A stretch of 62,906 nt of DNA, filler included, from Chrysochromulina tobinii (taxonomy: Eukaryota), in the NCBI GenBank assembly GCA_001275005.1. It is 5 parts of 5 records of this genome, joined end to end, with 100 filler letters (N's around TTAATTAATTAA, not from the genome) between each part and the next. Parts side by side here need not be neighbours in the genome. Positions count along the whole stretch, not along the records: positions 23,502 to 38,993 come from JWZX01001160.1; positions 39,094 to 48,312 come from JWZX01001161.1; 3 more parts are not named here. One strand, given 5' to 3'. Made by a program: the position numbers and the translations under genes. The notes under the pieces are model-generated. The model was not told the DNA's origin and made no database searches. It saw only the letters and a list, made by a program, of their open reading frames with translations. Within the stretch, counting starts at the first letter, position 1; each line of letters opens with the position of its first letter. Below are positions 34,476 to 45,188 of the stretch, piece after piece.

Positions 34476-37400
34476 CTATGCCGACAACGATTTCCACGCC
34501 TGGCCGCGCTTGAACTTGGCCAACTCGAGCACCACGCGCTTAGTCTTGACGCGCACCTTCGCGACAGACTCCTTGGGCTCGATGCGATAGAGGGTCTCAG
34601 TTTGAGTCAGCACATGAGTCACGGAACCAATCTGGACCTCGAGCCGGAAGCCCAGGTCGGTGAAGCTCGCACGCATGACGCCCTCCTCGTTGAGGGTCTC
34701 GCCCGGCCGGCCGTCAAGTACCGCCTCGAGCGGCACTGTCACCTTGACCTTTGCTTCGTCCGCGTCCTCAAACCAGTAGCCACAGCGGGCGAGGCTCGCA
34801 GTCGTCGGCGCCACGGGCATGGGGGCGGGCGGCGCAGCGAGAGCAGCGGCTGCATGCACGCCCACAGCGAGCCCGAGGCGTGGCGCCTCGATCTTCTTGG
34901 GAGACAAGGGATTCGCGCGCGCCGCAGCCGCAGCCGCCTCGCGCGCGAGCTCGATCCCCATCGTCTTCGTAAGTACCTGCATGCAAGCAGAAGGAGATAC
35001 CCAAGGGATGGGATGCACTCAGGGATGCACTCAGGGATGCACTCAGGGATGCACTCAGGGACGCACTCAGGGATGCAATCAGAGATGCAACCAGAGATGC
35101 ACTCAGTGGCAATCTCCATCTGCATCGTACGTACCACGGTGCCGCCCGTCGCGAGGGCCATCGAAACGTCCTCCGGCCGGTCTGCCCCGAGCTGCTTCGC
35201 AAGCTTCAGGGCTTCCTCTCGGTTCCGAAGCGCTTGCTCCTTACGAATAGTAGACCGGAGGCGGTCCTCCTCCTCTTGCCTTTCCTTGGCTGCGAGCTCG
35301 GCACGCTCTTGCTGTTCAACGGCCATCCTCTTCGCGTACAGTCGTCGCGCCTCCACCTCCGCCTCCTGATCGCGTACCTGCTCGCACCACTCATCGCGCT
35401 CGGCCTGCTCACACGCTTCCCACCACTCGGCAGCCTCCTCGACCTCCCCCCCCTGTTCGCTGCGAACTACGAGGCTTGTCGCCTGGGCCACGTCGCACAC
35501 GGAGAGTGAGACGCCATTGGTGGCAATCAGAGGTCATCAGTGGAGCATTAGTGGCAATCAGAGGTCATCAGGGGAGCGAGAAGCCATCGGTGGCAATCAG
35601 TGATTCGATCCGTGCCCCTTAGGGACCCGCACGGGTACTTTGGGCCCATCAGCGGCACTCAGCGGCACTCCGCGCGGCAAGCACACCTTATGCATGCCGG
35701 TAGAGCCCAGCTCGTCCTGCCACGCGTCCGCAAACGGACTCTCGTGCAGCTCCTCCTTCGAGCCGCCATTCTGGCCAGCCAGCTTCTCCATCTGCTCCAC
35801 GAGCTCGAGCGCCTTCGGTCGAAGCTTCGATCGAGGCTTGAAGACAGCACCCGCGCGCAAGAACATCTCGGCCTCAACGAGATCGTACATGTGGAATGGG
35901 TCAGCGTCCTCGAGTAGCACCTTGCCCTTGTCCGACTGCAGCTGACGGCGCACCTCGCTCTCCTCGTTCTTGTTGGCGCCTTCTCGCCAGTCGGAGAGAA
36001 CGAACTGGACGCATTTGAAGCCGCGGGTCTCATCTCGAGTGATAAGCCAGGTGGAGCTACGCATGTCGATGTGCGTGCGGCTCTCGTGATGGTCCTCCCA
36101 CCTGAGGACGCAATCAGGTGCAATCAGGTGCAATCAGGTGCAATCAGGTGCAATCAGTCGCAATCAGTCGCAATCAGGCACAATCAGGCTCTCGTGATGG
36201 TCCTCCCACCGGACGACGCGCTGATTGAGCCGGCGCTCCCACACCATCCAGCCCGCCACCTTGAGCGACAGCTTCGTGCCGTCGAGTGTCGCACAAATAT
36301 GCCGACGCTCGGCTGCCTCGGGGATGGGCACGTTGACGGTGATCTCGTACCTGCGAGATTGCAATCAGCCGCCATCAGTCGCCATCAGCCAGGAGCAGCG
36401 GCAATCAGTCGCAATCAGCCACCTCTGGGATGGGCACGTGGACGGGATCCTCTTCGCGCACCACTCTGACTCTGTGTCCTTGCGCCCTGCCACGCGGTAG
36501 TGCGTCACCGGCTTGAACCCGTCCACCTGCTGCTCTTCGACGGTGTGAGGCGGAAGGTGCAGCGGCAGCTCACGGCACCCCTCCGAGTCGCCCTCGAAGA
36601 GGCAGCGCCACCTCTGGCCGGGTTGCGCCTTGAGCATCACGAACGTCATGCAGTGCATCGCGTCAAAGTTGAACGCCTCGCCCGCGCGCGATGTGTTGAT
36701 CGGGTACGCGAAGACGCGGTTCAGCAGCTCAGACGCGCCGTGTGGCGTCACACGGATGCGCTGCTTGCCCTCGTCGGTGACCGAGAACTCAATGTCCGCG
36801 TCGTTCGTCTCCGACGCGAGCCACATGGCCAGATGCACCGTGTATCGGGTCTGGCCCCATGCCCAGTAGTAGACCATGCTCGGGTCGTTTGCCTTGGATC
36901 GAGCCTTGTATACGTCGCGCTGGTGCCGGAACTCAAGGTCGTGCATGAGCCACTGGTTGGAGTTACCCTTGAGCAGCTTGTGCTCTCGCTCCTTCTCGAG
37001 CCCCTCCTTCTTGAGCTTCTCAGAGAAGGCCGTCGATGTCTTGAGAGGGTAGTGAGGCGTCATGCCACCGCGGCAGTGCATCTTGCGCACGCACAGCTGG
37101 CAGTAGGTCATGCCGCAGCCGGAGCAGACGCCATCGGCCGGGCACGGGCACGAATCGCACAGGATGCACACGGCGAACGGGTGGATCTCCTTGACGCCCC
37201 ACGAGCGCTTCTGCTGGTCGACGAGCCACGCCGCCTCTTTGGCCGAGAGCGGACGGCCGTCACGCTTGAACTCGCCCGTGTCGTGGAACGCGTCGTAGTT
37301 CTGACGCTTCGCCGGGTCGACGAGCACATCATACGCCGACTTGAGCCGAAGGAAGAGGTCGCTCTGCACGCCACCATTGCGATCAGGGTGATGCACGAGC

Positions 37401-37492
37401 GCCTTTTTCTTGTATGCCGCCTTGATTTCGACCTCTGTGGCCGCCTGCGTAACGCCGAGCTCCTCATAGAGATTGAAGTCGAACTCCTCCAT
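34476..37492 (-). CDS. DnaJ-domain protein with B-box-like zinc finger and multiple CS/p23-like domains (introns 36351-36461, 36102-36209, ~35483-35686, 34977-35134)
   Basis: J domain with HPD. Zinc motif CSGCGMTYCQLCVRKMH. CS-like starts WGQTRYTVHL, W|YEITVNVPIP and YWFEDADEAKVKVTVPL. Phase-compatible GT-AG introns, third donor uncertain. Confidence 0.8.
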
Positions 37493-37647
37493 ACGCCGGC
37501 CGTGCGTGCAGTGTGACCGATGGCTAGTGCAGGTGCCTCGGCGGTGCGCTCCTCAGGGGGCCGCGTTCGCCACTCGGTCGGTCCAGACGGCCACAGGTGC
37601 CTGCCTGTCCGACGAGTCCGCAAGTTTCTAAAATGAGACAGTTCGGA

Positions 37648-37776
37648 AGGGAGACGATTTGAACTTCTCTTCAAGTTGTGAGACGATGGAACTCACACTT
37701 TAGGCTGTGAGACGATAGATCGACACTTGTGTTTGTGAGACGATGTAGTTCGATGAACTTCAGTTTGTGAGACGAT
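37648..37776. repeat. Array of five (TGT)GAGACGAT direct repeats with unique 17-21-nt spacers
   Basis: TGTGAGACGAT at 37677, 37706, 37734 and 37766, plus GAGACGAT at 37651. Confidence 0.85.
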
Positions 37777-38993
37777 TTTGGGCCATTGGGCGCCGTACAT
37801 TGTACAGTCCATGTAAGCAAGTCGAGCAAGCAAGCAAAGCTTAGGTACTTGTGTTGTTTCGACTATTTAGCTTGCTTGCTATGGAGAGGTCCTTGTGAAT
37901 GCTAATTTGTGAATGCTTGCTATTGTGAATAGCTTGCTTGCTTGCTATGCCTATGGAGATAAAAGCAAAAAAGCTATGGTCAATGGTGTACATGTACTCC
38001 TTGATGGTAAAAATGAAGATGAGGAGGCCCGCAAGGCTCGCTCCAAGCGACTCGTAGTCGTCTCGAGCGGGCACGGCTTTTGGCTCCAGCCGGACCTGCA
38101 TTTTGCCGCCCTCCGGGCCGTGGCCTAGTTGCGGTCTTTGTGCCTTCTGCCTTGGAGCCTTCCGCCCTCATCCGCCGCCGCTGAGACCGCTGCCGTGGAG
38201 ATAGAGGAAGGAGACTATGTCGCCGTCAACATGGACGAGCACTCCACGGCCAACACGAAACTGCCCGTCGGGACGGAGGTGGAGGTGTTCTTCAACACTG
38301 AGGTGCTATGGGAGCGCAGGACCCTTTCGAGCGTCCGGATGCTTGGGAAGGTAAGGGGCTATGGGCTGGAGCCGGTTTGGCGTATGGCCTTACCAACTGT
38401 GGTGTGCGCTCTTCTGTCTGCACCGGGATGGGTAATCAGCCGCGAGTGCCGAGGATGTCCAACGTGCCACAAACGTGCCACATGCGAAGGCGCACTCGCG
38501 CACACAACGCCGACGCACCCGCCGCGCCAGCCTCGTCACCTCCGCGCTGGTACCTCGCTGGGGTTCAAACAACTACGTTCTTTGAACTACAAGCGGCCCT
38601 TTTTCAAAACTCGAACCCATAACGAGCCCCCGAATTTCAAGTGGAACTGCGATCCGTCGCCGCGGCAGCATTCCGCGGCGGCGGAGCGCCTCAACCCTGG
38701 TCCAGCGCTGGCCGTCGACGATGGTTCCAGCTTCTACTCCAATTTCAATCGAGCAATCATCAAGACCGCCGTGCTCGCGCTCAGCGGCAGTGTGAGGCAC
38801 GGCGGCATCCGCGTGCTCCTCATGGCCGCCGCCCTATCTACGGCGACGGCCATGCCTCTTCGACGAAAGAAAGTCATACCCGAGTCCATCAAGATGTCCA
38901 ACCTGGAGGATAGGATGGAGCCCATCCAGGAGCGCGCCCGCACAGTCCTCATGCTCACCTTTGATGAAGCCTCTCACCTCAAGCGAGAGGCAA

Positions 38994-39093
38994 NNNNNNN
39001 NNNNNNNNNNNNNNNNNNNNNNNNNNNNNNNNNNNNNTTAATTAATTAANNNNNNNNNNNNNNNNNNNNNNNNNNNNNNNNNNNNNNNNNNNN
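38994..39093. other. Assembly spacer
   Basis: N-run + TTAATTAATTAA + N-run. Confidence 0.97.
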
Positions 39094-40665
39094 TCCGGCG
39101 CCTCGGCGGAGATCGTGAGCCCATGCGCGAGGACGAGCGAGGGGGGGGGGTGCAGCAGCCCGAGCTCCCCCAGTGTGATCTCGGCGATGTGAGCTCGCGC
39201 TTGAGTAACGGCGCGACGCTCCACACCAGGTGGCGGTCCTGGTGCAGCACGGCGCGGTGGTGGGCACTTGCATGCAAGGCAGGTCCTCAGTGGCCATCAA
39301 CGCACCTGGTGCAGCGCGAGCTCGGCGAAGCACGCGAGCGTCGTCTCGAGCGTCGGCTCGCCTGCATGCGCTGCGACGCCCGCCGACGGCGCATGGCTCG
39401 GGATGAAGCGCACGCGGCTCAGCGAGGCGCAGAAGATCGAGATCGAGATCGAGATCGAGATCGAGATCGAGATCGAGGCTGAGGCTGAGGGTGAGCGGTC
39501 GGCGGCGCCCGTCGCGCGCGCGGCGTCGTCGTCGCCGCCGTCGTTGCCGTCGTCGTCGTCCTCGGCGGTGGAGGTGAGCGCGCCGAAGTGAGCGATCAAA
39601 TGAGAGGTAAGCAAAGCGGCGCGCGAGAGCACGTCGGGCGTTGGCGCAGCCATTCGGCGCGTGGCGTGCCAAATGGCTGCGCGCCGCCGAGCTGCTGCAC
39701 CTGTGAAAGGGGGGAAAGGGGGGAGGGGGAGGGGAGGACGCCGTGCTGAGCACTTGCATGCTGTAACGGGGGGCCGAGCTGCAGCGACGCCGTGCTGGGC
39801 ACTTGCATGCTGTGACTGGGGGCGCAGCTGCAGCGTACCTTGCGCGCGCACTCGAGGAAGGTGTTGCGGTCGATCGAGGTTCGCATGCCGAGGGCGGCGA
39901 GCATTGCGAGCCACTCGTCGGTGCAGCACTCGGCCTCGGGAAAGACGGACTCGCCTCCAAAGATGTACGAGAGCACATCGACGCGGGGGTCGAGCACCTC
40001 GGAAGGCCGAAGGAGGCGCTCGCCTACCGGAACGAATGGCGTCGTCCTGAGCGCCTCGCGCAGCCGGTCGTGCTGCCGGAAGGCGTGCCAGTGGCGCAGC
40101 AGGTGCTCGCGCACCGCGCGCTGCTTGGACGACGCCAGGGAGGAGAAGGTCGGCAGCACGAAGAGCTCGCACACGTCGTGGTCCTCGAGCCGACGCACGC
40201 CCATGTCATCGAGCAGGGCGAGCACTGGTGCGGGCGCGTCGTGGGCGAGAAAGTGGACCGCCTGCGCGGCCGAAACACCCTCGCGTGGCACCGGGCGGGC
40301 CGAGGCGCGAGGGTGCCACGCATGACCATCTCCGGCGCACACGTCTCAAAGATGGGCAGCTTGGCGAGCACGGCCTTGCGGCTCGGGCTGAGCAGCCACT
40401 GCCCTCCCCGCGCAGCACGGGTTTGCGCAATCGCCGCGACGAGCGCGCGCGTGCTCGCCGGGTTTGCATGCAAGGCTCCCCACTGCACCACCCCCGCCGA
40501 GTGCGCGCTCCCTTCAAAAACAAGTGCGCCCGCCACGTGGTGCTCGTCAGACGCATCGGCGGCGAAGTAGCCCTGCCCGAGGGCCGGCGCGATGCCGATG
40601 GCGGCGGCCGCCGCTGCGGCGGCGCCCTCGGAGACCACGCGAGGCGCCGTCCCGGGCGCGCGCAC
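39094..40665 (-). pseudogene. Sacsin-like repeat-region fragment, frameshifted, 3' end in the gap
   Basis: LAKLPIFET, LRTTPFVPV..LLRPSEVLDP....IF.....FP......WL..L..LG and a second LSRVRFIP segment resemble sacsin repeats. A frame change occurs near 40335. Introns carry the conserved acceptor cassette. Confidence 0.55.
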
Positions 40666-41370
40666 GAAAGTACATTACGCTTGAGCACTCAGGCACGTCA
40701 CAACGCGCACCCTTCCAGCCCGCATCGCACGCGCATCGGTTGGCGCCGATGCACTTGCCGTGAGCGCCACAAGGCTCGTCGCAGATGGCCTCGGAGCAAT
40801 CGGCGCCCGACCAGCCCGCAGCGCATCTGCACCGGTTGGGGCCCGCACACGTGCCATGGCCGCTCGCACCGGAGCAGTTGTGCAGGCAGCGTGGCTCGCG
40901 ACACGTAGAGCCGCCGTAGCCCTCGTCGCAGCTGCACACGTCGGGAACGAGGCACCGGCCGTGCCCCCCGCAGTCGATGCAGTGGGGAACCTCGCACGCA
41001 CCACCCGAGTACCCCGCGGCGCACGTGCATGTACGCCGATCGCCATCGCACACGCCATGGCCCGAGCAGTTGTGAAGGCAGCCCACCCCCACCGAGCAAT
41101 CGGTGCCGCTCCAGCCGGCAGGGCACAAGCACTCGCCAATTGTGGCAGTCGCCACGTCCGGAGCAGTTGTGCGCGCACACCCAGCCACCCGAGCATGCAC
41201 ACACGCCGGGCGCTGCGCACCGTGACGTGGCCAGAGCATCCACGATCACACTGTGGCTTGCAGGTGAGTCTGGCGTATCCCACATCGCAGGAACACGTGC
41301 CGTTGATGCACTGGCCGTGTGCGTGGCAGTGCGACGGGCACGGTAGTTCGCTCAGCGTGATGCCGTCGTG
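40666..41370 (-). pseudogene. Tenascin-type EGF-like repeat array with at least two frameshifts and no in-frame start
   Basis: C..NCSGHG.C....C.C..G(W/Y).G..C repeats are spread over three frames, with shifts near 41222 and 41140. An in-frame TGA lies just upstream. Confidence 0.7.
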
Positions 41371-41662
41371 TCAGGCCGCGCTTGGTGAAGCGGATGAGAG
41401 AGAACCGACGGTCGCTTCGGCCAAGCGGCGTGAACCACGGTGTGAAGGTGCAAGCTATTTGTACGGGAGGTGGAGTGAGCGTGGAGGGACCGCTAAGATT
41501 CTGAACTCATCGGATTTCCGCACAATCAACGTCATCAACAGTTTCGAGCTCCGCAGCTCGAGACCACCTCTCGTGTTTCTCCTCTTGCGAACACCCGCCG
41601 AGGCCGTGCGGAGGCCGTGCGGATCGTGCGCACGTGAACCGCACGAAAGGACCGCGCACGTG

Positions 41663-42661
41663 ATGAATCCCAATGTGCAGCATTTGCAGGCACAGCAGGC
41701 GGGCCAGCAGCAGGGCTTCTGCGGTGTGCCAGGTGCTGACCTCGCCCTGATGGCGCAGGCAGCGTGGGGGCAGATGGATGGAGGCGCAGGCGGATCTGTG
41801 GGCGGGGCTCATCTCGGCGCGGCCCATCTCGCCGCAGCGCAGCACCCATGCGCCATGGTCCCGCAGTGCGGCGGCATGTCCAGCGGCTCGTGCGCCGGGG
41901 ACGGGCTGCTCGGTCCAGGCGGCGGAATGCATCCAGGTGCAGGCATGCAAGGGGGCCCAGGCATGCACGCAGGCCTGGGGGCGGGGCAGATGCACGACCA
42001 GGCGTGCATGTCTATTTCGCTGAGCGCGCAGGCCGAGCTCGAGCTCGAGCTCTCTCTCCGCGGCAGCCTGCTCGTGCAGCAGCAGCGGCGCATCGTGCAG
42101 CTCGAGGATGAGCTGCAGCGCGCGTGGTCCGAGATCGACCGGCTGCGCGTCAAGATCCAGGCGGCCGAGCGCGACAGGCAACGGGTCGACGAGGACTCAT
42201 CGAAGCAGCCGCGCTACTGGACGCCCGATGAGCATCGCCTATTCATGGAAGCGGTGCAGCGCTTCGGCTGGAAGGACGTCAAGTCGATCGCTCAGCATGT
42301 GGGTACGCGCACGCCGACGCAGGTGCGCACGCACGCGCAGAAGCTCTTCTTGCGGCAGCAGAAGGAGTCGAACGGCCTGATGGCGCCCTCGAAGTCGGGG
42401 CGCTCCGATGGCATCCCTGGCGGCCTGGGGGGTCTCGACCCGTACTCGCTTGCGGGTGCGCCTGGGACCGCAGGCTCTTCGAGTATGGGGGCGGACCAGC
42501 TGCAGCAGCTGCAGGAGGCGGGCAGCCAGCTGGAGGAGCGCGGAGGGTCCCTCGACGGCGACGACGGCGGCAGCGGGTGCACCCTGCAGCTGCCCGACGG
42601 CACTATGGCATCTATTGCGAGCATGTCCAATCCGGACGCCGATCCGAACGCGCCGCAGTGA
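41663..42661 (+). CDS. SHAQKYF-class single-MYB transcription factor with upstream coiled coil
   Basis: RYWTPDEHRLFMEAVQRFGWKDVKSIAQHVGTRTPTQVRTHAQKLF. Confidence 0.9.
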   Translation: MNPNVQHLQAQQAGQQQGFCGVPGADLALMAQAAWGQMDGGAGGSVGGAHLGAAHLAAAQHPCAMVPQCGGMSSGSCAGDGLLGPGGGMHPGAGMQGGPGMHAGLGAGQMHDQACMSISLSAQAELELELSLRGSLLVQQQRRIVQLEDELQRAWSEIDRLRVKIQAAERDRQRVDEDSSKQPRYWTPDEHRLFMEAVQRFGWKDVKSIAQHVGTRTPTQVRTHAQKLFLRQQKESNGLMAPSKSGRSDGIPGGLGGLDPYSLAGAPGTAGSSSMGADQLQQLQEAGSQLEERGGSLDGDDGGSGCTLQLPDGTMASIASMSNPDADPNAPQ

Positions 42662-42808
42662 GCGACGCGGGAGAGAGCGCCGCGGGGAGCGCCGTTACGA
42701 GCATGTCCAATCCGGACGCCGATCCGAACGCGCCGCAGTGAGCGCCGCGGGGAGCGCCGTTACGAGCATGTCCAATCCGGACGCCGATCCGAACGCGCCG
42801 CAGTGAGC
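42619..42808 (+). repeat. Triplicated ~46-nt segment containing the MYB stop codon
   Basis: GAGCATGTCCAATCCGGACGCCGATCCGAACGCGCCGCAGTGAGCG at 42619, 42699 and 42764. Confidence 0.9.
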
Positions 42809-43508
42809 GCCGCGGGGAGCGCCGTTAGCCGCCCCCACGGTCACCACGTGGCGCCACGTGGACGGTCGGATGCGCGGCCGCCACCGCCACTACCCCGCTG
42901 CCGCCACCGCGCGCCAGGCCCAGACGAGCCAGGTGGCGCCTCGATCGAGAACGCGTACAACACGGGGCATTTACGTCGAGAGACGAGAGAGAAAGCAACG
43001 AGCAACGGTGCTGAGACGGGCGTAGGCGTCTCCCCCCTTCTGTGCCCTTGTCCGCGCGCGAGACGCGAGAGTGACTCCTGTGCCGGTGGTGAGCCGGTGA
43101 CGACCGGACGGTCGACGTCGAAAAAATATTCGAAACCGGGCGCGCATTGAAAGGCGGCAGTACCGGTCGAGTTACGGGTTCGAGTTTTCCGCACCGCGCA
43201 CCGCTGTCCGCTCGGTCCGCAAGTCGGATCCCATCCGGGCAGGGGGGGTGCCCGCCACAGCATGTTGTACACATAAGGGTACACCTACACGCGCCTCCGA
43301 GGCCCTGCACGCGGGCGGCGACGTGGCGCACGCGACTGTCCGGTTCCGTATGAATCGCTCAGCGGTATCGCTTCCCGCTTGGGTTTGGGTCCTGCTGCCT
43401 CGGCTCCAGCCGCGCGAAGGGGATGGTCATCGGTCTCTCGACGCGTGCGCGCCGTGCCGACCGACCTATCAGCAGCCGCGACATGACGGGCACCGTGCAC
43501 GCGCCGCC

Positions 43509-44531
43509 TCAGAAGATACCACGTCTGCGCGAGTGCTTATCGTACGCCACGTTGTACTTTTCAACGACGTCATTGACGAGACCGGTGCCCTTGGTGATAC
43601 ACCCGAGATAAGCCACGAGGAGAGTGTTGTGGAAGTCACGGAGCGATTCGTCATGAAAGCGCTTGGTGTCGAGTGCGGGCAGGCGCGAGCAGATCGCCTT
43701 AATCTGGCGCAGCAGCTGGTGATCGCCAGGTACGGTGCCCGCCTGCACCGCGGCCACATATTTTTGGAGCATTTCGACGCGCTCGGTGAGCATCGACATG
43801 GCAGTGTACTGCGTCCCAAGCGATTGGGCGAAGGCGGAGCCTGAGGTGCCCTCGCCCGTGGGCAGAATATGCGCCACGTGGTCGATCGCGATCCGCTCCG
43901 ACTCAATCGACTCAATCTTGTACGCGGCCGGCGCGAACGTCGTCGTCGGCTGCCCATCGACCACGTGCATCTGCGACTCGAAGATTGTGATCGGGAGCTC
44001 GCGCGCGCTACCCGAGAGGGCGAGGTACGGGTCGAGCGTGAGGTAGAGCAGGCTGTCTGAGATCTCGCACAGGCTCTGGTGGATCTCGAGGTCGCCCTCC
44101 TGCACGCCCTTGGCTGTCGAGTACCAACCTATCATCTCGTACTTGGGGAACGTCTTCAGGTACTGTTCGAGCCGCGTGCGAACGTACGCGAGCTCGGGCA
44201 CCGTGCGGCCACTCGCTGCGAGCCGCGTGAGCCGGAAGAGCGCGGCCGAGCGTGAGCGTTTCGCGCTTTTTTCCGCGCACGGCGGGCGAAGGAGGCGCGC
44301 GCGGCGTCGCGGATGGCAGTGCTCACCATTGGGCACGACCTTTGTCTCAAACGAGTTGGCGACCTCGACGCGGCGACCAGTTTGCTCGCCGATGAGGATG
44401 CCGAAGACACGTGGCAGCACCCCGGTGCCTCCCGTCTGACAGCGCGCGCGAGTGAAATGGTCGGAAATGTTGATCACCACTAGAGGATGCAGTGTGAGGC
44501 CAAGCGCCGCCATCTCATCGGTAGCGGCCAT
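43509..44531 (-). CDS. CSN6: COP9 signalosome subunit 6 (MPN-minus domain); in-frame 111-nt intron 44216-44326
   Basis: LHPLVVINISDHFTR, GILIGEQTGRRVEVANSFE, IGWYST and ESERIAIDHVA. The intron G|GTGAGC...CGCAG removes a non-homologous stretch. Confidence 0.9.
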   Translation of the reverse strand: MAATDEMAALGLTLHPLVVINISDHFTRARCQTGGTGVLPRVFGILIGEQTGRRVEVANSFETKVVPNGEHCHPRRRARLLRPPCAEKSAKRSRSAALFRLTRLAASGRTVPELAYVRTRLEQYLKTFPKYEMIGWYSTAKGVQEGDLEIHQSLCEISDSLLYLTLDPYLALSGSARELPITIFESQMHVVDGQPTTTFAPAAYKIESIESERIAIDHVAHILPTGEGTSGSAFAQSLGTQYTAMSMLTERVEMLQKYVAAVQAGTVPGDHQLLRQIKAICSRLPALDTKRFHDESLRDFHNTLLVAYLGCITKGTGLVNDVVEKYNVAYDKHSRRRGIF

Positions 44532-45188
44532 GGGTGCAAAGCCGCCGATCTGTGGTGTTGGCCGAGACACGGTGCGGTCCGTGAGCGGGTGCGAGGCACC
44601 AAGGATGGACGTCACGAGAGGTGCTGCGACGCACTGAAAGGACCTCGCCGCGCTCGCACTCGCGGCACTCGGAAGTATACTCGTGAACACACGAAATGCC
44701 TAGTGTGAATGTGAATGCAACGCCCGCGCAGAATACACTCACCTTACATGACCCCATGTACGCGGTGGGGCCCGGCCGCTCAGACGTCTGAGCTCCCTGA
44801 CCGCGTGCCCCACCCGCGCCCAGCCTAAGCCCAGCCCCGCCCCCGCGCCCCGGAGCGGCCCCCGGGCCCCACCGCCCACCGCGAGTGTTCCCCCGCCGCC
44901 AAATCAAATTTATCGGAGCGAACGATTTACCGGACCGCTCCCGCGCAGACGGTGACGGAGCGCGGCGGAGCGGAGACGCCGAACATACAGATACACGAGA
45001 CACCGGCGCGACAATGTTACTACCACGTATAGACGTGGCATGGTGAGCCATAAATTACGAACGCACGAACCCGCAGCCAGGCAAGCAAGAAGGAAAAGTG
45101 CCCGTCGAAAAGGAACGACCGGAGCACTTAACCCAGAGTCCCCAGCACGGATTCCGTGCGGCCAGCACAATGCGCTCTTAGGGAACGC

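Noticed and set aside
37648..37776. CRISPR array interpretation of the repeat-spacer pattern
   Set aside because: Repeats (8-11 nt) and spacers (17-21 nt) are too short, no cas genes are present, and the context is eukaryotic.
37913..38993. Transposase or gene in the fragmentary ORFs before the gap
   Set aside because: No recognisable catalytic motif, and the frames look patchwork. It may include a gene start at ~38822, but this is unsupported.
40760..41662. N-terminal 300-aa extension of the MYB ORF
   Set aside because: It is the antisense shadow of the EGF repeats plus likely UTR. The ATG at 41663 is the more plausible start.
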